The notes below the pieces were generated by a model, which had not been told where the DNA came from, searched no databases, and saw only the letters and a program-made list of their open reading frames with translations. A program made the position numbers and the translations under genes. A stretch of 63,840 bases of DNA, the filler included, from Folioceros fuciformis (Eukaryota), in assembly GCA_049999805.1 (NCBI GenBank). It is 10 parts of 10 records of this genome, joined end to end, with 100 filler letters (N's around TTAATTAATTAA, not from the genome) between each part and the next. Parts side by side here need not be neighbours in the genome. Positions count along the whole stretch, not along the records: positions 1 to 13,587 come from JBNGIO010004018.1; positions 13,688 to 17,542 come from JBNGIO010004019.1; positions 17,643 to 30,035 come from JBNGIO010004020.1; 7 more parts are not named here. One strand, written 5' to 3'. Below, piece after piece: positions 11,939-24,884 of this stretch; within the stretch, counting starts at the first letter, position 1, and every line of letters starts with the position of its first letter.

Positions 11939-13270
11939 ATGATGTTGACCGAGGTCAGGGAGGGAGCGGCCGTCGGGTACCACGGTGTGGAGCTAGAAGG
12001 TTTGGGCAAGGAGATAGGCACCGCGGTGGAGACGCGAGAGGGGCCCAACGGCAAGGATGGAGGTGAAGGGGATCCGGTAGCTGCAGCCACATTCGATGAC
12101 AATGGCTCGCGACAAGAGGAAGAGGACACGGCTGCTTCTGAGTCGCCAAAACCTCTCTCCAAGAATGCGCAAAAGAAAATGCTGAAGATGGAACGGTACT
12201 TCGAACGGAAATTGCAGAGAAAGGAGTTCGAGAAGGGACGTAGGCATGAACAGACTGCTGCAAAGAGGGAAGAATGGCACGCCAAACAAGCCAGCCTGAC
12301 GGAGGAAGAGAAGGAACAAGCGCTGCAAGAAAGATTGGCTTTGCGGTCTGCTCGGAAGTCGGATGACAAGCAGCGGAAGGAAAAGCTGAAGCAGGCTATG
12401 GAGACAGGCCAGAACTTGGTTTTGGATCTCGAGTTTTGTGAGCTGATGAGGCCTCATGAGGTCACCAGCTTGATTCAGCAGGTATGCGTGGAGCACTTTG
12501 TTTGTTAACTGGTTTGTTCACCACGCCTGTTTAACACTTGCGATCTCGATTGCCTTACTGTAGTAATGCTCTTCCAGGTCATGTATTCCTACTCTGCCAA
12601 CGGAAAATCCGAGTGCCCCACGCGGTTATCTCTAACAGGTTGCAAAGGCGAGATAAGAAAGCAGCTGGAAAGGGTGTCCGGCTTCGATAACTGGCTTCTT
12701 CACAAGGAGGAAAATTCGTACATGGAAGTGTTTAAGGAGCGGGAAGGGGATCTTGTGTATTTGACAGCAGACTCGGAGCATGTCCTGGATACCCTTGACG
12801 ACTCAAAAATCTACATTATCGGAGGACTGGTGGACCGAAACAGGTATTACTCTGGTTGATGATACGTATGTGTGACATCCCAGTCGATTCTACGTGTCAT
12901 GACTCTCAGTCGTCACTGGACTGCAGGTGGAAGGGGACGACGTTAGACAAGGCCAAGAAGCAGGCAATTGCTACGGCCAAGCTCCCCATTGGAGAACACT
13001 TGAAAATGCTTGGCTCTCAGGTCAGGACGTCCTTTCTGTGCCGTCTGCATACCATCCCGTGTGTACTAGAAAATTCAGAACACTTAGCCACCTGTTGCCT
13101 TGATCCTCATACAGGTGCTGACTGTGAACCAAGTTGTGGAGATAATCCTAAGGTACTTGGAGCTCAAGGACTGGACAAATGCACTTCTCAAGGTGATCCC
13201 TCCCAGGAAGAGAGGTGCTGAGGATGGCCTCAGCTTGCAAGGCAATGCGAGACGACAGTCTTCCTGTTGA
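11939..13270 (+). CDS. TRM10: tRNA (guanine-9-N1)-methyltransferase, TRM10 family, 4 exons
   Basis: LSKNAQKK, LVLDLEF, LVYLTADS, IYIIGGLVDRNR, AKLPIG, VLTVNQV, VIPPRK; exons about 11939-12481, 12578-12843, 12928-13020, 13115-13270 with GT-AG introns. Confidence 0.95.
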
Positions 13271-13587
13271 ACTACAGAGGGCTGATGTTTTGGCCTAATT
13301 AAGGTCGACAATTTTGTTTCCAGCGCAACGCAGAGATAAACGATGTTGTTCCTAGTGTCAGTTAGGGGTGGACGATTGAAATTAACATCAACATTTTCAT
13401 TCACTTTCGCTCGAGGTCGGTCTTTACAACTCCAGCATCAATTGCTGATCCATGCGCGTGGTACCGATCCATTGCACCAGTGTCCCTCCTCAAGTTGGCA
13501 ATAGCTTCACATGCGGCAATTCTTCGTCACCACCAGAGGTTCACATTTGGAGTGTGTAAACGTCAAATCTAGCTTCTCAGCATACCC

Positions 13588-13687
13588 NNNNNNNNNNNNN
13601 NNNNNNNNNNNNNNNNNNNNNNNNNNNNNNNTTAATTAATTAANNNNNNNNNNNNNNNNNNNNNNNNNNNNNNNNNNNNNNNNNNNN
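13588..13687. other. Artificial contig linker N44-TTAATTAATTAA-N44 (cores also near 17587, 30080, 34329, 41421, 47480, 51430, 54071, 61355)
   Basis: Identical 12-mer giving stops in all six frames, centred in 100-bp gaps. Confidence 0.97.
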
Positions 13688-14240
13688 ATTCATGGCCACA
13701 AACTCCCTTACTCTCCTAGCCGAGATCAAAAGCTAGCTTAAGACTTTTTATGAAATGTCTGATTTAGGAGAAATGACATATGCACTTGGTGTCAACATTA
13801 TTAGAGATCGAGCAAACAAGACTCTGAGTATTGTTCAAACCAAGTACATCAAGGAAAGTTTAACCAAATTTGGACTTGAAGATGCGAAACCTGCACCTAC
13901 ACCCTTTACTAGCGGGGTCAGGCTTACCATGGATATGAGTCCAAAGACAGCACAAGACAAGTTGGAAATGTCAGCAGTCCCATATCGACATGCTGTTGGC
14001 ACACTTATATATTTATCCAACTTCACTCGATCAGATATATCTTTCGAAGTCAGCTCCTGTTCACAATTCCTGGAGAACCGTGGACGTGAACAATGGATGT
14101 CAACTAAGCGCATATTCCAATACCTCAAGGGTACCATGCATACAGGATTGACATTCAAGTATACATTAGGCATAAAGACATTGACATTAACAGCTTACGC
14201 TGACGCCGACTATGCTGGTGACCCCAACACACGCAGATCC
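13688..14240 (+). mobile_element. Copia RT C-terminus / RNase H start fragment
   Basis: MSDLGE..PYRHAVGTLIYL..TRSDIS..KRIFQYLKGT..AYADADYAGDPNTRRS. Confidence 0.92.
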
Positions 14241-14419
14241 GCACTGCAAGGTCTATGCTATCTGCATTCTATGCCAAGTGGGAGGTCAAACAACCTGCTT
14301 ACGTTTCGTATTTCAAAGCTCATTGGGATTCGATAATGGGTTAGTTCATTTTCTACGCACTTCATGCTTTTGCTCCTGTTACCTTTAGGTGAACCCCTAA
14401 CAAGTGAATGATTGTTGCT

Positions 14420-15350
14420 GCAGAAATGTGAATGTGTAATGCTCGGCTATTCCCTCATGCCGGGCAGAATACTACCTCGGCAGTGGAAGCATTTCACTGC
14501 TTCTTGAAAGGTGTATCTTTTTCCAAAGCTACTCTGCCTACACGCAGATTGGATTGGTTACTATACTAGCTGGTTTTTGTGGTAGCATGACATTACTGGT
14601 ACCAGCACTTCACTAAAGAAGGAGGCTATGTTCGAAATAAGAAACAAGAGCTTCTGATGGGGCATGCAATTCTACACGCTCAGGAGATTCCATTGAACTC
14701 AGTAATTCTACCATGCCCTACAGTAGGAGGATTGCTTGGGTCAGCTCACTATATGTCTTCCTCCATTGAGTCTACTTGGTATGTTATAGATCATGCAGAT
14801 TCACCATGGGCAACATGCACATGCGCTATGGGTCTGAAGGGTTCATATGCAAGCATATTATTAAGGTTCAGCAATTACTTGTCGTTTGCAAAGATGGAAC
14901 TGCACCTGTGAAGGAGTGTGTGAAGGAGTGTACTCTTGTTCCTGCTGCATATTGCCCTGATGGGACAGCAACGTCTACTTTAGCAATGTCCTATTGGCTA
15001 CAGGACCAGGAAACCCGAAACTTGTCATCCATGATAGCAGTTTGGTGGCAACAAGTGCAAAGACCTCACGTTTCCAGCAAACTCAGCAGCAAAGGATGGA
15101 CACAATTGAAGTAGGATGTAGGGAGATTTGTGAGGTTGCTTTCCATCACAAGGATCTGTGTTTTGATATTGCTGCTATCATGGAACAAACCTTAAATCAA
15201 ATTCAAATACTTACAGCTCAGTAGAGAGAGAGACCTTGGTCACAAATGCCATTACAAGAGCTGCCTGCAAATGAATGTTCAAACAATTTGCAACGGTTGA
15301 GAGGGTTTGATGAAGTGCCAAGGAAGAAGAAAAAAGTAGTGACTTGGAAA
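14420..15350 (+). mobile_element. Degenerate MULE-type transposase C-terminus with SWIM zinc finger
   Basis: AVEAFHCFLK..RRLDWLLY; WATCTC..(frameshift)..GFICKHIIKV. Confidence 0.65.
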
Positions 15351-15419
15351 CTGTGATCATTGTTTCAAAGGCAACTTTTTGTTGTCCTTGATCGAAGCCA
15401 AGTAGCCTGCATACTAGCT

Positions 15420-16000
15420 TGTTCGTCTCATTGTAAGCTTTTCATCGATGTATGATAGGGGAGCATTTGACTCTTGTGGAGATAGTAGGTAGACAAAATG
15501 TGAACTGCCTCTCAAAAGCTTCTTCGGTTCCTATCTCCTTCATCTTTGATTGAAACCAGGCGTGCTGCACACCAACGTGTCCGTCATGTTGTAAAATTTT
15601 CATCAAAGACTTATAAGAAAGCATTTGACTCATCTGGAGAAAGCGGGTAGACAAAAAGATGACATGCCTTTCAAAGGCATCTTTTGCTCATATCTTCGTC
15701 TTCTTTCATCGGAACCAAGCGTGCTTCATACTGGCTTGTCCGTCTTGTTGTAAGCTTTCCATTGAAGTATGATAAGAAAGCATTTGACTCATCTGGACAA
15801 AGCGGGTAGAGAAATAGATGGCATGCCTTTCAAAGGCTTCCTTTGCTTATATCTCTGTCATCTTTCATTGAAACCGAGCGTGCTTTACACTGGCTTGTCC
15901 GTCTTGTTGTAATCTTTCCATCGAGGTATGATAGACAAGCAATCAACTCTTCTAGAGGAAACGACGAGACAAAAGATGAATGCGCTCTCAAAGCTAGCGT
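15420..16000. repeat. 159-bp tandem repeat, about 3.6 diverged copies
   Basis: ttgtaa at 15431, 15589, 15748, 15907. Confidence 0.9.
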
Positions 16001-16544
16001 TCCATTAGCGTTCCTTCGGCTCTCAACACATTAAGTTCACCGTAATCGGAGAGCACTACAGGCTGATAAGCACATGGTTTATTATCGTGTGATCCAAGCA
16101 CGGTTCATGCACGCATAATTTACTATCGCATGATTTACTATCGCGTAATCGCGGTTTTGCAGTGTTCGCGTAATCGCGATCACGCACNNNNNNNNNNNNN
16201 NNNNNNNNNNNNNNNNNNNNNNNNNNNNNNNNNNNNNNNNNNNNNNNNNNNNNNNNNNNNNNNNNNNNNNNNNNNNNNNNNNNNNNNCTGCAAAACCGCG
16301 TTCAACTCACGAAACGGAGGATGAGAACTGGTAAGGCCGCATCGTTTGGCGAAACGAAGTGGCGCCGTAAGGCCTGGCACAGCCCGTGCGGTATTGTGGC
16401 AGGCATTAACTTCCATCGAGTATCGATGTGTAGGCGCATGGTGATGGGCAAGGACATACAGAGGTACATGTCGTGGCCGTAGAGGGCCGTGCGGACACAA
16501 GTGCCGGCCTTAATCGCCATCGGGTATCCATTTGCAAGCCAACG

Positions 16545-16730
16545 TGAGCGCTAGCAAGAACCCTGTCTTCGCAACGCGAGCGCTAGCAAGCACCCTTATC
16601 CTAGCAACGCGAGCACTAGCAAGCACCCCTGTCCTAGCAACACGAGCGCTAGCAAGCACCCCTGTGGCAGGGCAGCGCTAGCAAACATCCTTGTGGCAGG
16701 GCAGCGCTAGCAAGCACCCCTGCGACAGGG
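16545..16730. repeat. Short tandem repeat of about 30 bp (gcgctagcaagcaccc)
   Basis: About six imperfect copies. Confidence 0.85.
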
Positions 16731-17287
16731 CACTATGATATCACAACCCGTTGAGGCCGATATGCATATCGAGGGTCACAGAGCACGTGTGACCCTGCCG
16801 CATATTATTTTATGGTATTTCTTCGCCTATAAATGCCGGTTCGGTCGAGTTAGCATATATGAGTTAGCATATATATGGTTCAATATGAGCCCCGTTTTCT
16901 TAAGTTTGATACCCAAACTACATCAAACCACGTATTACTGATATGTGAAACCATCGCTGAAACCATTGCTGAAACCACAGCTATGATGGCCGGTATAAAA
17001 GGAACGTGAGGTAATACACCCAGAAAGGGTTGGACGAACATGGTGGGACCACGACAACCGGCGGGAAGTTGTGTTGTACCTTGCGCATCGGTCTCGGAAG
17101 GAGAGCCGCGTCGGGACACACAGCATCCAGACATGATGCTCGCGGCGTTGATGCTGGGCATTTGGGTCGGCAATGGAGGATCGGGACAAGAGATGCAGCC
17201 CTGTGCGCGGTGCAATGTAGAGCATGTGGGGGCGACAATTTAAAAGGTGGGAGAGGAAGAAGCTCCGTCGATGAATGGGTTTGAGAC

Positions 17288-17542
17288 ATGGGAAGAGCGA
17301 TTGCACAGACCAGGCATTATGGCAGATCTGGAGGGGGCGACCCCGCCGACATGCTGGAGCTGGTGGAGAAGCAGAGGCCACCGGCAGGCTCCACCCCGCC
17401 TGGATCAGTGCTGGTGCGCATCACCATGCGCGCCATCAACCCAACCGATCTCATGACCGTCCGGTATGATAGGTTCCAGGACCTGGTGGACGCGGATCCC
17501 ACCACCCAGGTGATTGTGGGGAGCGATGGATGCGGCGTCGTC
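17288..17542 (+). CDS. N-terminus of an MDR-family (GroES-like ADH_N) oxidoreductase, truncated by gap
   Basis: PPGSVLVRITMRAINPTDL..VGSDGCGVV; no catalytic-Zn Cys/His, so quinone/enoyl reductase type. Confidence 0.75.
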
Positions 17543-17701
17543 NNNNNNNNNNNNNNNNNNNNNNNNNNNNNNNNNNNNNNNNNNNNTTAATTAATTAANN
17601 NNNNNNNNNNNNNNNNNNNNNNNNNNNNNNNNNNNNNNNNNNAAACCAAACCATACCACTATTAACCCTTTTTCAACCAAAACAAACTACTACCCCAAAC
17701 T

Positions 17702-19854
17702 TTGGAGGTTCACAGTGTGTCAGAGCGGAAAAACCAGACATTATTAGCAATGACAAGGAGCATGCTGCTGTGGGCAGGATTACCTCAGGGTTACTGGGCT
17801 AAGGCTATTGTGACCGCTATAGACATATTAAACCGGGTGCTCACTAGTTCCGTTCCCAACAAGACTCCATTTGAGGGTTTTTGGAACAGAAAACCTAGCC
17901 TTTTACACCTCAGAGTCTTTGGTTCACGAGCCTATGCCCTTATACCCGCAGAAAAATGGCATAAGCTGGACAACCGTGCTGAGGACTTCATTTTGGTTGG
18001 TTACAACGAGCAGGCTAAAGCTTACAAGCTATACAACCCCGAAACTCACAACACGGTTGTGGCCAGGAGTGTTACCTTCATCGAACCTCATGCTCCCGTC
18101 TTGGCTATCCCCACTTCTGACCATGATGTGCAGTCTCCGCCAGATGATTCTCCTGCCATCTTTCCCTTGGACGACACTGGACCTAAATCCATAGAACCCA
18201 TCCCTGCTGCGCTAGTCCCACCACCAATTGACCCACAGCCACAGCCACAAGATCCAGACCTTCCCCCTACAATCATTCAGCCAGACCAGGATCCACCTGT
18301 TTTGGATGCAGAGGGGGATTTAGGGCCGGATGCTGAGCTTATACCTGATCCGGAGCCTCCAAACCAGGTCTCTCCCGCACCAGCTGATCTCGAGCCTGAC
18401 CTCCCCAACCTCCGTCGGTCCACCCGTCATAGGCCTCCACCATCAAAGTGGCGCGAACCTCCTTATGTCTCCACAGACTTCCGTACCCATATAGTGTCAA
18501 GCCTGAGCAGACCATCTTTTCCAGAAGAACCTGTCACACTATCTCAAGCATTCAACGGCCCTGAAAGTGAGCAATGGAAGCTAGCTGTGAAGGATGAATA
18601 TCAGTCTTTAATAAAAAACAATACCTGGGTTCTCGCTGATCTCCCATCAGGCAGGAAAGCCATTTCCTGCAAATGGACATTCAAACTGAAGTTCAATGTA
18701 AAAGGGGAGGTGGCTAGGTTCAAAGCACGCCTGGTCGCTAGGGGCTTTACACAAGTGGAAGGTTTGGATTATCGGGAAACGTTCTCACCTGTGGTTCGCA
18801 GTCAATCTATATGTTTGATCCTTGCTTATGCCACAGAGTTTGATTTAGATCTTCAGCAGATGGATGTCTGCACAGCCTTCTTATATGGTGCACTTGACGA
18901 AGAACTTTACATGCTCCAGCCCGAGGGCTATGAGGACCCCACACATCCACACAAGGTTCTCAGATTACTTAAGTGCATATACGGGCTGAAGCAAAGTGGG
19001 AGAGTACGGTATCTCACCATGTATGAGTATCTCTTGAGTATTGGTTTTATCCAAAATACTGCAGACACGAACGTATATCGGCTGACGAAAGGACCCTCAC
19101 TTGTATTGCTGGCCCTGTATGTGGATGACCTGATACTCGCCACAAACGATCAAGCACTGTTAGAAGAGGTTAAGAAGGACCTACACAGTAGGTTCAACAT
19201 GAAGGACATCGGGGAGTTAAAGTTCTGCTTGGGAATTCAGCTCATACGCGTTCGTGAAGCAGGCCTGATGTATATTCACCAATACAAATACATTAACGAA
19301 ATCTTAAGAAAGTTCAACTTAGATCAAGCTCGACCCGCTACTACACCATATGCTTCAGGCACCAAGCTCAATCGTCAGCAAACCCACAGACACCTGAAGA
19401 GCTTAAGGATATGGAGGGCATACCTTTCAGGCACGCAATCGGCAGTTTACTTTTTGTCACTAACTGGACCAGGCCGGACATTCAGTATTCTGTAAGCACT
19501 GCATCCTAGTTCCTCGAAAACCCTGGTAGGACACACTGGACGGTAGTGAAGAGAATTTTTCGTTATCTCAAAGGAACACTGCACTACGGGCTTATGTACA
19601 GAAGGAGTGGTGAGCAACAGGTCACCATATCTGGTTATTCCGACGCTGACTGGGCTTCAAACCCAGATTCAAGACGTAGCCTCTCCTCATACTGCTTCTT
19701 GCTTGCATCTGCCGCTGTTACATGGAGCAGCAAAAAGCAAGTGACAGTAGCACTTAGTTCCACCGAAGCAGAACACAAATCACTAACAGAGGCGGCAAAG
19801 GAGGCGGAATGGGAACGAGGCTTCCTAGCATGCCTAGGACATGAACAGCTCTAA
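17702..19854 (+). mobile_element. Copia pol (integrase C-terminus, RT, RNase H), lightly decayed
   Basis: HLRVFGSRAY, FKARLVARGF, QMDVCTAFL, LYVDDL, YSDADWA, ALSSTEAE; frameshift near 19390. Confidence 0.96.
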
Positions 19855-21827
19855 TACCATATGAATAATCAGAGAGTAGGCTAGGGAGTGGTCCACTTGT
19901 TGTGGTAGTGCAATAAGACGATTAATTAAACTCCTGTACAAAATAAACATCTTTAATACCCACTGGCACACCGTTTCGACCACCTACCCAACGGCCTCAT
20001 GACTAATGTGTCGCTTCGTATTTATGTTTATTTATATGCCTATATACGGCTGTATGCGGGAATATACTCGAACAGATTGTGTGGAAATTTGGTGCATGCT
20101 AAAGTGTGAGGGTCTTGAGTCGTGAAGTGAAGTGCTGAGAAAGGTTGGATATAAATTGTGTGGAGAATCAAAGAGTCGGTGAGAATCAATGACAAAGTGA
20201 TGTGTCTTGGTGTGTGTGACCCTAATCTACAACTACCAGTGAGCTCTGGGTGTAAAATTACATAAGTGTGGCTTGGTGTGCATGAGAATTAGCATGCATA
20301 GGCGTTAGCTCACTAACGGGTGTGTCAAGGAAACCCGTGCCATCTCGATGCGCGCGTGTGTCGAATGGGTGGGCCCCATCACGGTGGTAGAATCCACTAC
20401 GATGGCGGAGTAAGCTCTGGTGATGGTGGATTTAGGTACGGTGATAGAGTATATGTGGGTAGGACTAATTGTAGAAAGTCTAGAAGCCATAGATTTAGAA
20501 GAACTTGACACAAACCATTCCCTTGGGATCGAATCCTAGGACTACAATGACATAGAGGGTGAATGTGGACCTCCTTGTGTCCCTATACATAAAATTTCAC
20601 TCCATAGCAGCACTCATCAATATGGTGTCCAAGGTAGGAAGGCATCACAAAGCCTAGTTCTTTGTACAGAGGTCGAGAAGGCTTTACTCTACCTGTGGAA
20701 CATGAAGGCCGTGGGCCTTATATCTGCCAGGTCCATGTACATGGTGTGTTTTAAGTCTTTGCACTAAGATGGCGCCGAGTCGGCCATGACAGTGTCCTAA
20801 GGGAAGAAAGCGAGGGAGTTTGGGAGACACCCTCCAGTTGCTGGAGGGCGAGGCTATGTAGACTGGCAAATAGATTCTTTGGAAGGTCACAACAATGCGA
20901 GGGGTCGGAGTTTGCCGAAGCCTCCAAGGAGGCCTGGATCACCTGTTTGGCAGCCAAGTTCGACGAAATTTTGGGATTGGTGCTGCGGCTATTGCGGGTT
21001 CCAGTGGCTTGGGTGGTTGGATTCCCTACCCACAGTGATTGCGAGGGAGGTCGAGAATGGTCTTCCTAATGTCGACCACCACATCAATGGGAGATTGGAA
21101 AATGGGCATGTCGTCTTCTCAAAAAGTGACGATGGTCTTGCATTGGTTCAGGCTGGGAATTACAGAGTCTAGGGCAAGCCAGTCCAATCGCGAAGTCGGT
21201 GATTCCTGGACTTCACACAAGCATAAACACTCAATGAGTTCCTTTCCGAGCTGCACTGTGGTTTGCCATGTGCATTTAGTGCTTTAAAGTTCTAGTGGTA
21301 AAATCGGCCTTTGTAGGAATGGACCACCTCGTGCTAGCGCGGGTGGAGCGTGTTAGTTTCCTAGTGCTTTTCTTAGTCTTCTCGTGTGAGTGCAACTTGT
21401 CCCTTGTGTAGTGTGGGAGGAGAGCCCGAGGGGTGCACATGCCACAGTGTGTGTTTATTATTATTCATTCATTTATAAGATGCTGATTATATTCCTTTAA
21501 ATGAGAAGAGGAGGAGGGCTGCCCCCGTCTTCTAAATACTTCAAAGTTTTAATGAGCTGACAAAAGCCATGCGGTAGGCCAGAGGAGGTGAGAAAGGGTA
21601 CAAGTCACCGGGAACCTATTAGTTTCGCTTATACAGGTCACCGATTCGTAATGACGTATACAAAAGATAGAAACGTGCCCTAAGTTAATGGCATACAAAA
21701 TGAACCATGCCCTCAGTTAATTGAACATGATCGTGAGCTGCTGAACATGTTCTCACGACGAACAATAATATACCTACTGAATGGATAGTGAGGAATGCGT
21801 GGAGCATTTATTAATGAGCGTGGACTA

Positions 21828-22019
21828 ATGCAAGCGCTAATCATTGAGAGGGCATGAGCGGGTACGAGCGAAAGCAAGAGAATGAGGTAGAGAACAATAA
21901 AAATGGTTATCAAGTTCATGGGAAAAAGTTGGATATATACAATGGTCACATGTCTGTTGTAATTGTTCATAAAACTACTAAAGTATAATAAACCTAACCA
22001 TAGGTTCATTAACTATTTC
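21828..22019. repeat. Dispersed repeat of about 190 bp, probable small LTR, matching 27163-27356
   Basis: Shared ggaaaaagttggatatatacaatggtca..aaactactaaagta..aataaacctaaccataggttcat. Confidence 0.8.
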
Positions 22020-22899
22020 TTCACTCCCTCTTAGTTGCAATGAACAGATCAAGGGAAAATATGAAGATATTAATATTGTCTTAAAAACGTGATCCCTAAA
22101 TTGGACTTAGGACAAAAAATTGAAAAGGAATCTCATCGAGCGCAAATACGCCAAATCTTCTGACTGCTTGCTTCTCGTGACCAGCAATTTGTTATGCTCC
22201 AGCATGCTCTATCCTACAGTCTTCCAACTTGTTACGCTCCACATCCAGCTATAAAACAATGACGCTCTAGTCATCAACCTTCGAGCTTTGCAACTTAGCT
22301 GTTGCCCTCTTCCTTGCCTGGTTCACTATCTGTTTCCTAGGAATCCGGCCGTTGAGCTGCAAACATTGCTGTCTACTCACGGGAGAAACCAGAATAAAAA
22401 TCCCCAATGGTGTCGAGTGCATCCATTGCAGCAGAGAGTGGATTCCCACTTCTAAGTACTCTCCTTGACAATGGACATTTCACATCTCTGTAAATCAGCA
22501 CCCACCAATAGATATCAACGCACCCAAAACAGCTGAACAATAAACTCAAGAGCGAATATCAAGCTGCTATGCTGAGGGCTTTGCCCAAGGAGAAAGGAGA
22601 TATCAACTACTACTACACATATCGTATCAAATGTGGGGAAGAGAAGGAACTGAGCCAAGAGGAGTAGATCATACTAATGAGAGCTACCAAAATACTTGGC
22701 GATGATGGTGCTCCCTCTAAAGGTGTAAGATAGAAAAGGAGAAGATATAACAAACCTGATGAGGAGGGGCAGGCGCTTACTTGTGAGTGATTTCTTCATC
22801 CACCTTGCTCCCCTCTACACCCACCTGTCTCAACATGCTAATGAACACTCCACTTACCTTGACTTGGGTTCATACAGGGTTGTCAGCATGTTGTGAGGA

Positions 22900-24410
22900 C
22901 AAGTAGTCTAATGTGATGTACCTAGCTTTTGAGAAGGCATGATCAGACCTAGTGCTGCAGTTGTGGTGTGCTTGGAATGCTGGAACTTGGCTAAAGCCTT
23001 GGTGAGAAGGTCAACAATATTATCACCAGTGAGGATATAGCTTACCTCTACCTCACCTGTGTTTGATGCTTATTTGATAAAATGGTGGGTGATCTCAATG
23101 TGTTTGGATCGATCATGAAAGACTAGATTTTTTGATAATGCTATGGCTGACTAATTGTCGCACCATAGTCTTGTGGCACCTGTAGGTAGTTGCTGAAGGC
23201 TTCTAAGAAAAGAGCAAATCCAAATAATTTCTCGAGCTGCTTGAGATAACGCACCATACTCAGCTTCTGTTGTGGATAAGCAAATAGTGGTCAAATTTTT
23301 ACTTGACCATGAAACCATTGAGCCTCCCAATAAGTTGCAATATGTTGCTATGCTCCTTCTAGAGCCTGGGTTCCTTGCCCAATCTGCATTGCAATAGGAT
23401 GTGAGAACTAGGCCTGCACCTTGCTTGGTATACTTGAGTCCAAGCCTCATGGTGTCCTTCAAATAATGAAAAATCCGTGTCACAGCTATCCAGTGAGCTT
23501 CACCAGGGTTTTCTAGAAACTGTGAAACATTGCTAACAGCCCTAGAGATGTCCAAACGTGTCCATGCTGCCAAATAAATGAGACTGCCCACTGCTTGCCT
23601 ATAAGGGCGTGAGGACATCAAGTCCTTCTCTTCTTGTGTTGTCCGGCATTGCTCCTTTAACAGCTTTTCACCAGTGGACATTGGAGTCGAAACTTGACAT
23701 GCATCTAACATATTGAAACGCTGTAATAACTGGTGAACAAAGTGATAATGGTGAATTTCCACAATGTGCCTATCAGAAGAGAACTGAAACTAAACTCCTA
23801 AGGAAAAATGTAACTCACTTAAATCTGTCAAGTCAAAACGAGACAATAGGACACTTTTAATTCTAGCCATCAAAACGAAAGATGTTCTAAAAAGGAAGTT
23901 ATCATCAACGTTAACTATCAATATTAAGAAGTCCTCTCCATCCCAAAGTATATAGACACTACTATCGGCATCTAGACAGATGAATCCTAACTCAATAAGC
24001 AAGGCATGAAATGTTTCATTCTAGGCTCTGCAGGATTGCTTGAGGCCATAAAGTGTTTTAAGTAACAAACATACTTCGTCCATATCTACTTGATAGCCTT
24101 CTGGTTGCTGCATGTATATTTCCTCTTTAAGTGAGCCGTTAAGAAAAGCCGTCTTCATGTCAAGCTGGTGTACATGAAGACCATAGTGTGCTACCAAAGA
24201 TAACAATATCCTAATAGAAGTAGATTTTGCCAGAAAAGAGAACGTCTCATTGTAATCCAAACCGACAACTTGGCTGTATCCTTTGGCAACAAGCCTTGCC
24301 TTATATCGGCCCACGCTACCATCTGTGTTAAGCTTCTTCTTAAATACCCACTTACAAGATACAAATTTGCGACCTTGGGGCAAATCCACAAGCTACCCAA
24401 TACCACGAGT
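22900..24410 (-). mobile_element. Degenerate Copia RT-RNase H
   Basis: YKARLVAKGY, QLDMKTAFLNG, VNVDD, PYRQAVGSLIYL, LSTTEAEY, LWCDN. Confidence 0.95.
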
Positions 24411-24464
24411 TAAACCAGCCAAGGATAAACTAGAAAGCGTTGCTTCCTAAAGAGTCCTATTCTT

Positions 24465-24884
24465 TCATTCAACAAAGGCATTTTGTGCCGGAGTATATGG
24501 CACAATGACATGATGAATCACTCCCTCTGACGAACAGAAATTGAAAAAATCATTACTGGTGTATTCTCCACCATTATCATATCTGAAAATCTTGAGCTTA
24601 CAGCTCGTCTGTCTTTGTGCCACGGTGATAAAATCTTGGAAGCAGTTGAAAGTATCACTTTTGTTGTGGAGCACATAAACTGTACAGTAGCAGCTCCACT
24701 TGTGAATTAAGGTAAGGAAATAAAGAGCACCTCCAAATGATGTTGTAGACATGGGTCCACAAAGGTCACTATGCACAGTTGTGAAACGGAAAAGTTTAGT
24801 AATTGGTCTAGGAAAGTCTAACTTGGTTTCTTTTTGTTCAAAATAGTTCGAAGGGAGGCATGTGGGAGGTAGGTTTCTGGGCAA
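24465..24884 (-). mobile_element. Copia integrase core fragment
   Basis: VHSDLCGPM..YFLTLI..RYDNGGEY..PYTPAQNA. Confidence 0.93.

Noticed and set aside
13632-13643. Recurring palindrome TTAATTAATTAA (nine copies)
   Set aside because: Always centred in a 100-bp N run; artificial six-frame stop linker
19847-21400. Possible further LTR, PBS and gag
   Set aside because: Only a degenerate reverse PBS (gctctaatacca); no partner LTR or recognisable protein motif
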